Both the position numbers and the translations under genes were made by a program. This document shows, one piece after another, positions 27,642 to 35,693 of a stretch of 64,000 nucleotides of DNA. Origin of the DNA: Bacteroidota bacterium (lineage in GTDB: Bacteria; Bacteroidota; Bacteroidia; Flavobacteriales; Weeksellaceae); contig JAEWZO010000028.1 in NCBI GenBank assembly GCA_023458415.1, positions 17,315-81,314 on the forward strand. The letters run 5' to 3'. Each line of letters begins with the position of its first letter. The stretch's first letter is position 1. The notes under the pieces are model-generated. The model ran no database searches, was not told the origin of the DNA, and saw only the letters and a list, made by a program, of their open reading frames with translations.

Positions 27642-28391
27642 CTATCTTCTGTAAATGGTTCGTGGCTCGCTTTGGGCGCTTGGATAAATCGTAAGGTCGG
27701 AAATCGTAACATGTTCCGGCACGTTGATACAGTAAAAAATTGCATCGGCAATATCTTCGGCTTTCAGCGCGTGGTAACCTTCATAAACAGATTTTGCTTT
27801 ATCCGCATCGCCTTTAAACCGCACCATGGAAAAATCTGTTTCCACTGCTCCGGGCTGAATGTTGGTCACACGAATTCCAAACTCGGTTAATTCCAGTCGC
27901 ATTCCTTCAGAAATAACATCAACTGCCCTTTTGGAAGCACAATAAACGACACCATTTGTATAAGTTTGTCTTGCCGCAACAGAAGAAATATTGACTATGT
28001 GACCGCTGTTTCTGAGTTTCATTTGAGGAATAACAGCTTTGGAAACGTAAAGCAATCCTTTTACATTTCCGTCCATCATTGCATCCCAATCTTCGATGCT
28101 TCCGTCGGAAATATGGCATAAACCATGCGCGTTACCTGCATTATTAATCAGCACATCAATATCTCTGAAATTTTCAGGAAGTGATTGAAAAGCTTCTTCC
28201 ACTTCCTTGCTATATCTCTGATCAAACTTAAGCGATAATACTTCAGTTTTTGCTGAAAGTTCCTCTTTAAGTTCCTCAAGAATATTTTCGCGTCTTCCGC
28301 AAATGATAAGTCTGTAACCGTTTTCCGCGAGTTTCTGAGCGGTAGCTTTTCCGATACCGGAAGTTGCGCCGGTAATAAGTGCTGTTTTCAT
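27642..28391 (-). CDS. SDR-family NAD(P)-dependent oxidoreductase (YdfG-like)
   Basis: 249 aa with TGATSGIGKA, NNAG and YCASKRAV. Confidence 0.9.
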   Translation of the reverse strand: MKTALITGATSGIGKATAQKLAENGYRLIICGRRENILEELKEELSAKTEVLSLKFDQRYSKEVEEAFQSLPENFRDIDVLINNAGNAHGLCHISDGSIEDWDAMMDGNVKGLLYVSKAVIPQMKLRNSGHIVNISSVAARQTYTNGVVYCASKRAVDVISEGMRLELTEFGIRVTNIQPGAVETDFSMVRFKGDADKAKSVYEGYHALKAEDIADAIFYCINVPEHVTISDLTIYPSAQSEPRTIYRR

Positions 28392-28402
28392 TTTAATAAA
28401 AA

Positions 28403-28774
28403 TTAATTGGCATCGAAAGCTTCAAAAGCATCGGGTAAATGTGTGATCTGTAAAGAGCCGTCTGGATTTTTCAACACAGAAACAATATCAAATCGAACTT
28501 CTTTTTGAAGATTTTTTGCGCTCATGAAATAATCTGCAGCTTTTACAATACTTCTAATTTTTCCCGGTTTTACAGCTTCCTGTGGTTCCATAAAATGGTC
28601 GTTGGCACGCGCTTTAACCTCTATAATGATAATCTGATTTTCAAATTCTGCAATTATGTCGATTTCTGCTTTCTGCCATCTAAAATTTCTTTCGAGAATT
28701 GTGTAGCCGTTCTTTTGAAGGTATTCTACAGAAAGATCTTCTGCGAGCTTGCCAAAGTCGTTATGATCTGCCAT
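28403..28774 (-). CDS. YraN-family (UPF0102) endonuclease-fold protein
   Basis: 123 aa with GKLAEDLSVEYLQKNGYTILERNFR...EIDIIA...IIIIEVKAR. Confidence 0.85.
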   Translation of the reverse strand: MADHNDFGKLAEDLSVEYLQKNGYTILERNFRWQKAEIDIIAEFENQIIIIEVKARANDHFMEPQEAVKPGKIRSIVKAADYFMSAKNLQKEVRFDIVSVLKNPDGSLQITHLPDAFEAFDAN

Positions 28775-28777
28775 TCT

Positions 28778-29710
28778 TTAAAATATGACCTCCGATTTTT
28801 TTTCTGAACATTTCATTTTCACATTTGCACCAATAATCAGCGGTCGGTTATCAAAAATGTGTCCGTTCGGGAAACCATAGATTACCGGAAAATCATATTT
28901 GGCTGTCCGTTCTGAAATGATTTGATAAGCAAAATCATCAAAACTTTCTTCGTACGATTTATTGTCTTCTTCTTTTCCCATATTCGTCATTCCGCCAACT
29001 AATAAGCCTTTGATTTTTCTAAAAACTCCCGCTAAATGTAAACTCATAAGCATACGGTCCAAAGCGTAGAAATTCTCACCAATTTCTTCAATAAACAGAA
29101 TTTTATCTTTGAAATTAAAAGAATATGAAGTGCCCAAAAGTGCATAAATCAGCGCCAAATTACCTCCAACCAAAACACCTTCAGCATTTCCGAAACGGTT
29201 GTATTGATTTGGATTAACTGAATACTTTGGGAGTTTACCTACCATGATATCGAAAGTTCCTTCGTATCCTTCATCAATTACTCCAAAACTTGAAGTTTTG
29301 ATGGTTTGACCGTGAATGGATGCAAATCCGTTTTTAAGTAAATAACTCTGAATCACGGTGTTATCAGAATAGCCGATATACCATTTCGGGTTTTTACGAA
29401 ATTTCGAAAGTTTAAGATGACGCAAAAGATGCTGACAACCATATCCGCCACGCGAAGCCCAAATCGCTGAAATTTCTTCATCATTTAAAGCCCAGTTTAA
29501 ATCGGAAATGCGTTCCTTTTCAGTTCCGGCGTAATTGTAGCCATTGGAGAATTTTGTGTAAAGGTGTTTTCCTAAAACAGGTTCATAACCTTTTGATTTT
29601 ATGATTTCTAACCCTTTTTCCAGCTGATCTTCAGTTACGGATCCTGCTGGAGAAATAATTGCTATTTTGGCTCCTTTCTTTAATTTCTCCGGCAATATTA
29701 TTTCTTTCAT
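28778..29710 (-). CDS. ldcA: LD-carboxypeptidase (peptidase S66)
   Basis: 310 aa with GYGCQHLL and the nucleophile elbow YIGYSDNT. A C-terminal H is present in the GFPNGH block. Confidence 0.8.
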   Translation of the reverse strand: MKEIILPEKLKKGAKIAIISPAGSVTEDQLEKGLEIIKSKGYEPVLGKHLYTKFSNGYNYAGTEKERISDLNWALNDEEISAIWASRGGYGCQHLLRHLKLSKFRKNPKWYIGYSDNTVIQSYLLKNGFASIHGQTIKTSSFGVIDEGYEGTFDIMVGKLPKYSVNPNQYNRFGNAEGVLVGGNLALIYALLGTSYSFNFKDKILFIEEIGENFYALDRMLMSLHLAGVFRKIKGLLVGGMTNMGKEEDNKSYEESFDDFAYQIISERTAKYDFPVIYGFPNGHIFDNRPLIIGANVKMKCSEKKSEVIF

Positions 29711-30387
29711 TGCAAATGTTTTTGTTCTGTTTTTTCTGCTTCCTCCAGCTTCTTTTCAAACTGGTTGAAATTTTTGAAACTCTGCAGAAAAATAAAAATA
29801 CTGAATCCTACGAGAATTGCTCCTACTCCTTTCCTGATACGGTTTGCAAGTTTTTCAGTCAATTTGTCGTGAAACTGTTTCGCCAGATAAATCTTGGCTA
29901 AATCAATTAATAGATAAGTGCCGATTACCAAGCCCATGTAAAGGAAAAACTCATCGTGTTCGGGATAGGCGTTGCGTACGGAGATCACCGTAACCAACCA
30001 GAAAAGAACAACGCCAATATTCAGAATATTGAAAAAAAAGCCGTTAAGGAAAGTTTTGATATAGTTCTGGTTGATGAATTTGTTTTCTCCCGGTAAGTGC
30101 ATCCGCGTACGGGAAACAATCATGTAAATGGCGTAAATAAGGACAATAAAAGCCGTAATCCTGTAAAAACCAGGATGTTTGTCAATAATTTCCACCAAAT
30201 CTCCACTGGCAAAATAGGCCGCAGCGATGCAGACAATATCGGCTACAATTACCCCAAAATCCAATGCAAGAGCATGTCTTGGACCACGAGAAAAACTAGT
30301 CTCAATCAGCAGGAAAAAAATAGGACCGATGAAGACAAGACTCAACATGATTCCTAATCCTACTGCAGAAAAAATGAGTTCGAGCAT
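29707..30387 (-). CDS. LysE-family translocator-like membrane protein
   Basis: 226 aa with about 6 TM segments and an N-terminal GPIFFLLIETS pattern typical of LysE/RhtB exporters. Confidence 0.65.
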   Translation of the reverse strand: MLELIFSAVGLGIMLSLVFIGPIFFLLIETSFSRGPRHALALDFGVIVADIVCIAAAYFASGDLVEIIDKHPGFYRITAFIVLIYAIYMIVSRTRMHLPGENKFINQNYIKTFLNGFFFNILNIGVVLFWLVTVISVRNAYPEHDEFFLYMGLVIGTYLLIDLAKIYLAKQFHDKLTEKLANRIRKGVGAILVGFSIFIFLQSFKNFNQFEKKLEEAEKTEQKHLQ

Positions 30388-30388
30388 G

Positions 30389-32542
30389 TTAATTCATTAT
30401 CTTGAAATCCAGTTGTTTCTGGATAAGATTGGCTTTCATAACTTTTATTTCAACTTCATCACCAAGCTGATATTTTTTGCCGGTTCTGGTGCCGTAAACC
30501 GCATGACTTTTCGCATCGTACATATAAGAATCGTCCATTAAATCTCGAAGTTTAATAAGACCTTCTGCTCCATTTTCAGGAATCTGTACCCAGAAACCAA
30601 AGTCTGCAACTCCTGAAATTACGCCTTTGAAAACTTCACCCAAGTGTTTTTCCATAAATTTCACCTGCATGAATTTAATTGAATCTCTTTCAGCATCGGC
30701 TGCGAGCCGTTCCATATTACTGCAGTGTTTCGATTTTTCTTCGTATTCCTGCTTGTTTGGAGATTTTCCCCCGTCCAAATAATGCTGCAACAATCTGTGA
30801 GCAATTAAATCGGGATAACGGCGAATTGGTGATGTAAAATGCGTATAAAACTCGAATCCAAGTCCGTAATGACCAATGGGTTCGGTAGAATAAACTGCCT
30901 TACTCATTGATCTCATCGCTAAAGTTTCAATCATATTCTCCTCGCCTTTTCCTTTCACAACTTTAAGAAGGCGGTTCATGGATTCTGCAACTTTTTGAGT
31001 GTTCGCAAGATTCATTTTATACCCGAAAGTTGCTACAAAATCTTTCAGTGCTTCCAGTTTTGCAGGATCCGGATCGTCGTGAATACGGTAAATAAAAGTA
31101 AGGTTGGTTCGTTCACCTTTTCTGTTGAGCGATACAAACTCTGAAACTTTTCTATTAGCCAAAAGCATAAATTCTTCAATTAAATGATTGGAATCTTTGC
31201 TTATTTTGAAGTAAACGCCAATCGGCTCATTGTTTTCGTCGAGGTTGAACCGAACTTCACTTCTGTCGAAAGTAATCGCTCCTTTGCGGATTCTTTCTTT
31301 TCTGAGGTTTTTTGCAAGTCTGTCCAATGTGAGTATTTCCTCTGCCAAATCTCCCTGTCCGGTTTCAATGCGTTCCTGCGCTTCTTCGTAAGAAAATCTT
31401 CTGTCGGAATGAATTACTGTGCGCCCAAACCACTGGTTAAGAACATCGGAATTTTCATTTAGTTCAAAAACTGCAGAGAATGTGTATTTGTCTTCATTTG
31501 GTCGCAAAGAGCAAACATCGTTACTTAAAACTTCCGGAAGCATCGGTACCACCCTATCCACAAGATAAACCGAAGTTGCACGTTCGTAAGCTTCATCATC
31601 CAGCAAAGTACCCGGAACCACATAATGCGAAACATCGGCGATATGCACGCCAATTTCCCAGTTTCCGTTATCCATTTTTCTTATTGAAAGAGCATCATCG
31701 AAATCTTTTGCATCTTTCGGATCGATGGTAAACGTAGTAATATTCCGCATATCGCGGCGTTTTTCCACTTCTGAATCATGAATCCTTCTGTCGATTTCGT
31801 CGGCTTCTTTCTCTACTTCTTCCGGGAAATGATAAGGAAGACCGTATTCTGCTAAAATTGAATGGATTTCAGTTTCATGTTCTCCCGGAGCGCCCAAAAC
31901 TTTAATGATTTCTCCTTCCGGATTTTTATCGCCCGGATTCCAGTGCGTCATTTTCACCAAAACTTTATCTCCGTCTTTGGCGCCGGCAATTTTTCCTTTC
32001 GGAACAAAAATATCGGTATTGATCTGCTTTCTATCGGAAACTACGAAGCCAAAATCTTTATGCTTGATGAACTGAAAAGTACCCACAAACTCCTCACGGT
32101 TTCTTTCAATAACTTCCAGAACGGAGCCTTCCAGTTTTTTTCCTTTGAAGTGATACGTTACAATAAGCACTTTATCGCCCTGCAGCGCATCTTTCACATT
32201 TTTGGAATGGATGAAGATATCATCTTCCATTCCGTCCACATTTACATAAGCATTTCCCGACTGGTTGAAATCAATAATTCCGGTTAAAGTACCTTCAATC
32301 TTGAGATTGATGATGTATTTTCCTTTTTCAACCTCTTTAATTCGGTCGGCTGCGATTAGTTTATGAAGCGCCTGAATAACCTGTTCTCTTTGTCTGGGAT
32401 TTCGGTATTCTATTCCGTCGGCAATTTGCTTGTAATTATAAATCTTGGTGGCTTTCTCATTCATAAAACGTAAAATCAAACGACCAATTTCCTGAAGTTT
32501 GTGATTGTTTTTATGAGAAATAAATTTGCTTTTCTTAGCCAT
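30389..32542 (-). CDS. rnr: Ribonuclease R
   Basis: 717 aa with cold-shock/OB domains, the RNB catalytic domain (TIDPKDAKDFDDALS, LVDRVVPMLP, HFTSPIRRYPDL) and a C-terminal S1 domain. Confidence 0.95.
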   Translation of the reverse strand: MAKKSKFISHKNNHKLQEIGRLILRFMNEKATKIYNYKQIADGIEYRNPRQREQVIQALHKLIAADRIKEVEKGKYIINLKIEGTLTGIIDFNQSGNAYVNVDGMEDDIFIHSKNVKDALQGDKVLIVTYHFKGKKLEGSVLEVIERNREEFVGTFQFIKHKDFGFVVSDRKQINTDIFVPKGKIAGAKDGDKVLVKMTHWNPGDKNPEGEIIKVLGAPGEHETEIHSILAEYGLPYHFPEEVEKEADEIDRRIHDSEVEKRRDMRNITTFTIDPKDAKDFDDALSIRKMDNGNWEIGVHIADVSHYVVPGTLLDDEAYERATSVYLVDRVVPMLPEVLSNDVCSLRPNEDKYTFSAVFELNENSDVLNQWFGRTVIHSDRRFSYEEAQERIETGQGDLAEEILTLDRLAKNLRKERIRKGAITFDRSEVRFNLDENNEPIGVYFKISKDSNHLIEEFMLLANRKVSEFVSLNRKGERTNLTFIYRIHDDPDPAKLEALKDFVATFGYKMNLANTQKVAESMNRLLKVVKGKGEENMIETLAMRSMSKAVYSTEPIGHYGLGFEFYTHFTSPIRRYPDLIAHRLLQHYLDGGKSPNKQEYEEKSKHCSNMERLAADAERDSIKFMQVKFMEKHLGEVFKGVISGVADFGFWVQIPENGAEGLIKLRDLMDDSYMYDAKSHAVYGTRTGKKYQLGDEVEIKVMKANLIQKQLDFKIMN

Positions 32543-32568
32543 TAGTATTGTATTTAAATATTATCAGA

Positions 32569-33000
32569 TCAGCAGCGGGCAATTTTATCCACTCTGTTCT
32601 GGTGTCTGCCGCCTTCAAAATCGGTAGTCAGAAATTTTTCAACAATTTCCAGCGCTAGTTCTTTGGCGATAAATCTTGCAGGCAAGGCAATCATATTGCA
32701 ATTATTATGCTGTCTTGAAAGTGCGGCCAAATCGGGCATCCAACATAAAGCGCATCTGATTTTCGTATGCTTATTCGCTGATAACTGTACGCCCTGTCCG
32801 CTTCCGCAGATGAGAATTCCCATTTCATTCTCGCCGTTTTCAACCGAAGCTGCTGCAGGATGCACAAAATCAGGATAATCTACACTGTCTGAAGAATAAG
32901 TTCCGTAATCTGTAATTTCATACTGATTTTCAAGCTGTTTTTTAATGTATTCCTTATATTCAAAACCTGCATGATCTGCTGCGATGGCTAATTTCTTCAT
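32569..33000 (-). CDS. rpiB: Ribose-5-phosphate isomerase B
   Basis: 143 aa with IAADHAGFEYK, ILICGSGQGVQLSANK and RQHNNCN. Confidence 0.92.
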   Translation of the reverse strand: MKKLAIAADHAGFEYKEYIKKQLENQYEITDYGTYSSDSVDYPDFVHPAAASVENGENEMGILICGSGQGVQLSANKHTKIRCALCWMPDLAALSRQHNNCNMIALPARFIAKELALEIVEKFLTTDFEGGRHQNRVDKIARC

Positions 33001-33031
33001 TTCTTTTTGTATTGGATTATTTCATTTCATA

Positions 33032-33039
33032 CAAATTTA
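33032..33039 (-). promoter_or_regulatory. -7 element (TAAATTTG on the minus strand) for rpiB-rnr
   Basis: Exact TAnnTTTG match 31 nt upstream of the rpiB ATG. Confidence 0.4.
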
Positions 33040-33100
33040 ACATTATTAACAGAAAGATGATTTGCTTTGAAAGTTAATTGTTGAAAAATACGAGAAACGG

Positions 33101-33467
33101 TGTGGATAAGATTAAAATAATTGTTCTTGCAGATATTAAATCTTATTCTTAATGGAAAATAAAATCTACACGTGCAAGAAAAATCTAAAAATTATTACGG
33201 ACGGAAAAACCCAATCTTATCCATACTACCCTTTTCCATACAACCCTTTCTAGAAAGTTATTGACAAGTGTTGATAACTCTGCGGGAAATCTGAAAATCA
33301 ACTCTTTGTAATGTGAATTAAATATGAACTGAACTGCAACTAAATGTTATGAAAAAGCAAGTTTTTTTTATCCGCAAAACCTCACACTACAACAACATTA
33401 CTCATCTTTCTTATTTATTTAATTTAAAAAATTGTAGATAAGTGAATGAGTTTAGGATTGTGGATTT
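33101..33467. other. DnaA-box cluster with A/T-only tract: candidate oriC or DnaA-binding region
   Basis: The 9-mers related to TTATCCACA are TGTGGATAA 33101-33109 (perfect, reverse orientation), TTATCCATA 33217-33225, TGTTGATAA 33269-33277, TTATCCGCA 33368-33376, TGTAGATAA 33433-33441 (1 mismatch each) and TGTGGATTT 33459-33467 (2 mismatches). A 23-bp tract of only A/T runs from 33411 to 33433. This is the longest spacer in the window and holds no credible ORF. Confidence 0.5.
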
Positions 33468-33505
33468 TTAGGTGAGCAAAATTTTCGGAAGGCGCGAATA
33501 AATCG

Positions 33506-33513
33506 TAAATTTG
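33506..33513 (+). promoter_or_regulatory. -7 element (TAAATTTG) for pgk
   Basis: Exact TAnnTTTG match 19 nt upstream of the pgk ATG. Confidence 0.45.
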
Positions 33514-33532
33514 TAAGACCAAAAATGAAAAT

Positions 33533-34723
33533 ATGAAAACAATAAAAGATTTCGATTTTAAAGACAAAAAGGCACTGGTTCGTGTTGACTTTAATGTTCC
33601 GCAGGATTCTGAGCTGAATGTTACGGATAATACGCGTATTCAGGCTGTAAAACCTACGGTTGATAAAATTTTAGGTGATGGAGGATCGGTAATTCTGATG
33701 ACACACCTTGGAAGACCAAAAGGTAAAGTAAGCGATGAGTTTTCTTTGAAGAATATTGTTGCAGAAGTTGAAAAAGTTTTAGGTGCAAAAGTAAAATTTG
33801 CGACTGATACTTTAGGTGACGATGCTTCTTCGATGGCCGCTGATTTGAAACCGGGTGAAATTCTTTTATTGGAGAATCTAAGATTTTATGCTGAAGAAGA
33901 AAAAGGTGATAAAGATTTTGCAGAAAAGCTTTCTAAACTTGGAGATGTATACGTGAACGATGCATTTGGTACTGCTCATAGAGAACACGCTTCAACAGCT
34001 GTTATTGCACAGTTTTTCCCTTCAACTAAATTTTTCGGTTTACTGATGGCAAATGAATTGGATGCCATTGATAAAGTTCTTGGAAGCGGTGAAAAGCCTG
34101 TAGCTGCAGTTCTTGGTGGATCAAAAGTTTCTACTAAAATAACTATTATTGAAAATATTCTTCCTGCTGTAGATCATCTGATTATTGGAGGTGGAATGGC
34201 GTTTACTTTTATTAAAGCTTTAGGAGGAAACATTGGAAACTCTTTGGTAGAAGAAGATAAGATGAATCTTGCTCTTGAAATTCTGGAGAAAGCCAAAGCG
34301 CAGAATGTAAAAGTTTGTCTTCCTGTAGATACTATTGCTGCAAAAGAGTTTAATAACGATGCAGAGATTCAGGAGGTGGATATTTATGAAATTCCGGAAG
34401 GATGGATGGGACTTGATGTAGGTCCTAGAACTAGAGATTTAATTAACGACGTTATTATGAATTCCAGAACGATTCTTTGGAACGGTCCGGTTGGTGTTTT
34501 TGAAATGTCGAATTTTGCAGAAGGAACCGTTGCTTTAGGAAACAGTATTGCTGAAGCTACAGAATTCGGTGCTTTTTCACTTGTTGGTGGAGGAGACTCG
34601 GTTGCATTTGTAAAGCAGTTCGGTTATGCTGATAAAGTGAGTTATGTTTCAACTGGGGGAGGAGCGATGCTTGAAAGTTTAGAAGGTTTGGAATTACCTG
34701 GAGTTGCCGCCGTCAATAAATAA
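33533..34723 (+). CDS. pgk: Phosphoglycerate kinase
   Basis: 396 aa with RVDFNVP, SHLGRPKG-type (THLGRPKG), GGAKVSTKI-type (GGSKVSTKI) and STGGGA. Confidence 0.97.
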   Translation: MKTIKDFDFKDKKALVRVDFNVPQDSELNVTDNTRIQAVKPTVDKILGDGGSVILMTHLGRPKGKVSDEFSLKNIVAEVEKVLGAKVKFATDTLGDDASSMAADLKPGEILLLENLRFYAEEEKGDKDFAEKLSKLGDVYVNDAFGTAHREHASTAVIAQFFPSTKFFGLLMANELDAIDKVLGSGEKPVAAVLGGSKVSTKITIIENILPAVDHLIIGGGMAFTFIKALGGNIGNSLVEEDKMNLALEILEKAKAQNVKVCLPVDTIAAKEFNNDAEIQEVDIYEIPEGWMGLDVGPRTRDLINDVIMNSRTILWNGPVGVFEMSNFAEGTVALGNSIAEATEFGAFSLVGGGDSVAFVKQFGYADKVSYVSTGGGAMLESLEGLELPGVAAVNK

Positions 34724-34750
34724 ACTAAATTTTTAGTTTTAATATAAAAG

Positions 34751-34790
34751 AAAAGCAGAAGAGTTTACACTTCTGCTTTTTTTTTTTTTT
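34751..34790 (+). terminator. Rho-independent terminator after pgk
   Basis: An 11-bp perfect stem, AAAAGCAGAAG / CTTCTGCTTTT, is followed by a T-run; 14 consecutive T in total (34777-34790), the first four forming the end of the stem. Confidence 0.8.
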
Positions 34791-34802
34791 ATTGAAATCT
34801 TG

Positions 34803-34830
34803 CAAAAAATGACCTTCATAAATAGGTCAA
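34803..34830 (-). terminator. Terminator after the methyltransferase gene
   Basis: On the minus strand, TGACCT-ATTTATGA-AGGTCA is followed by T6, 12 nt downstream of the stop at 34842. Confidence 0.65.
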
Positions 34831-34841
34831 ATTTTAAATAA

Positions 34842-35660
34842 CTATTTTTTTTCGATAATATATATCAAGCTCGAAAATTCGCCCGATTTTGATGCCTTTA
34901 AATTAGAAATCGCCCCGTAAAACATGCCTTTAAGCCAAAAAAGTGCACTTTTCTTATATTTTTCGCTGAGCATAGAGATATAGTAGGAGTCGAGTAGGAG
35001 AGGTTTTACTTTTTTGATTTTCCAGTTTTGATTTTCCAAAAGATTATACATTCCGGGTTTTGTGAAATGATATACATGTCTTGGTACATCATAAGCTGCC
35101 CAGTACTCTTTATATTTTTTAGCATCGTAAGATCTTGGATTAGGTACAGCAATAATCAATAAACCATTGGTTTTCAATTTGTTATTGAATAAATGTAATG
35201 TATCTTGTTGATTTTCAATATGTTCAAAAACATGCCATAATGTGATACAATCTACCGAATGATTCTGTAAGGTGTTTAGATCATCAAGAATTCTACCTTT
35301 CTGAATTTTGTTTTCAGCTGCTTTTCTTGCAGAAGAATTTGGTTCAAAGCCATAGATATTAAAATCTTCATCGATAAATTTCAGAAATTCTCCAGCGCCG
35401 CAGCCGTAATCAACTACAGTTGCATTTCTATGCAATTCTGCAGAAAGAATATTTCGTTTATAATTAAGATTGAACCTCTGCAAAAACTTATATAATTTTT
35501 CTTTTAAAGAACCGGAATCCTGATGGTGCGAAATATAATCCTGACTTTCGTAGTACTTGTCAAGGTTCTGTGGTATTGGAGTAGTTTTATAAACTCCACG
35601 AGTTTCGGTTTCTTTTATTTCGAAGGTTTCTCCTGAAAGAAAGTGATCCTTTATTTTCAT
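34842..35660 (-). CDS. Class I SAM-dependent methyltransferase
   Basis: 272 aa with motif I VVDYGCGAGEF and a post-I acidic residue. The substrate is not inferable. Confidence 0.8.
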   Translation of the reverse strand: MKIKDHFLSGETFEIKETETRGVYKTTPIPQNLDKYYESQDYISHHQDSGSLKEKLYKFLQRFNLNYKRNILSAELHRNATVVDYGCGAGEFLKFIDEDFNIYGFEPNSSARKAAENKIQKGRILDDLNTLQNHSVDCITLWHVFEHIENQQDTLHLFNNKLKTNGLLIIAVPNPRSYDAKKYKEYWAAYDVPRHVYHFTKPGMYNLLENQNWKIKKVKPLLLDSYYISMLSEKYKKSALFWLKGMFYGAISNLKASKSGEFSSLIYIIEKK

Positions 35661-35670
35661 TTTTATTCAA

Positions 35671-35686
35671 TGTTTCACGTGAAACA
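35671..35686. other. parS centromere-like site (perfect palindrome TGTTTCACGTGAAACA)
   Basis: This exactly matches the near-universal chromosomal parS consensus TGTTNCACGTGAAACA. It lies in the 33-bp spacer between the mnmG stop and the methyltransferase start. The full palindrome AATGTTTCACGTGAAACATT spans 35669-35688. Confidence 0.75.
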
Positions 35687-35693
35687 TTTGAGT

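Noticed and set aside
33164-33179. CACGTG core in the rpiB-pgk spacer, considered as a possible third parS.
   Set aside because: The 16-mer ATCTACACGTGCAAGA differs from TGTTTCACGTGAAACA at 6 positions, which is too degenerate to call.
34777-34790. T14 homopolymer, considered as a possible slipped-strand phase-variation tract.
   Set aside because: It is simply the U-tract of the pgk terminator and lies between convergent genes. Length changes would not shift any reading frame or promoter spacing.
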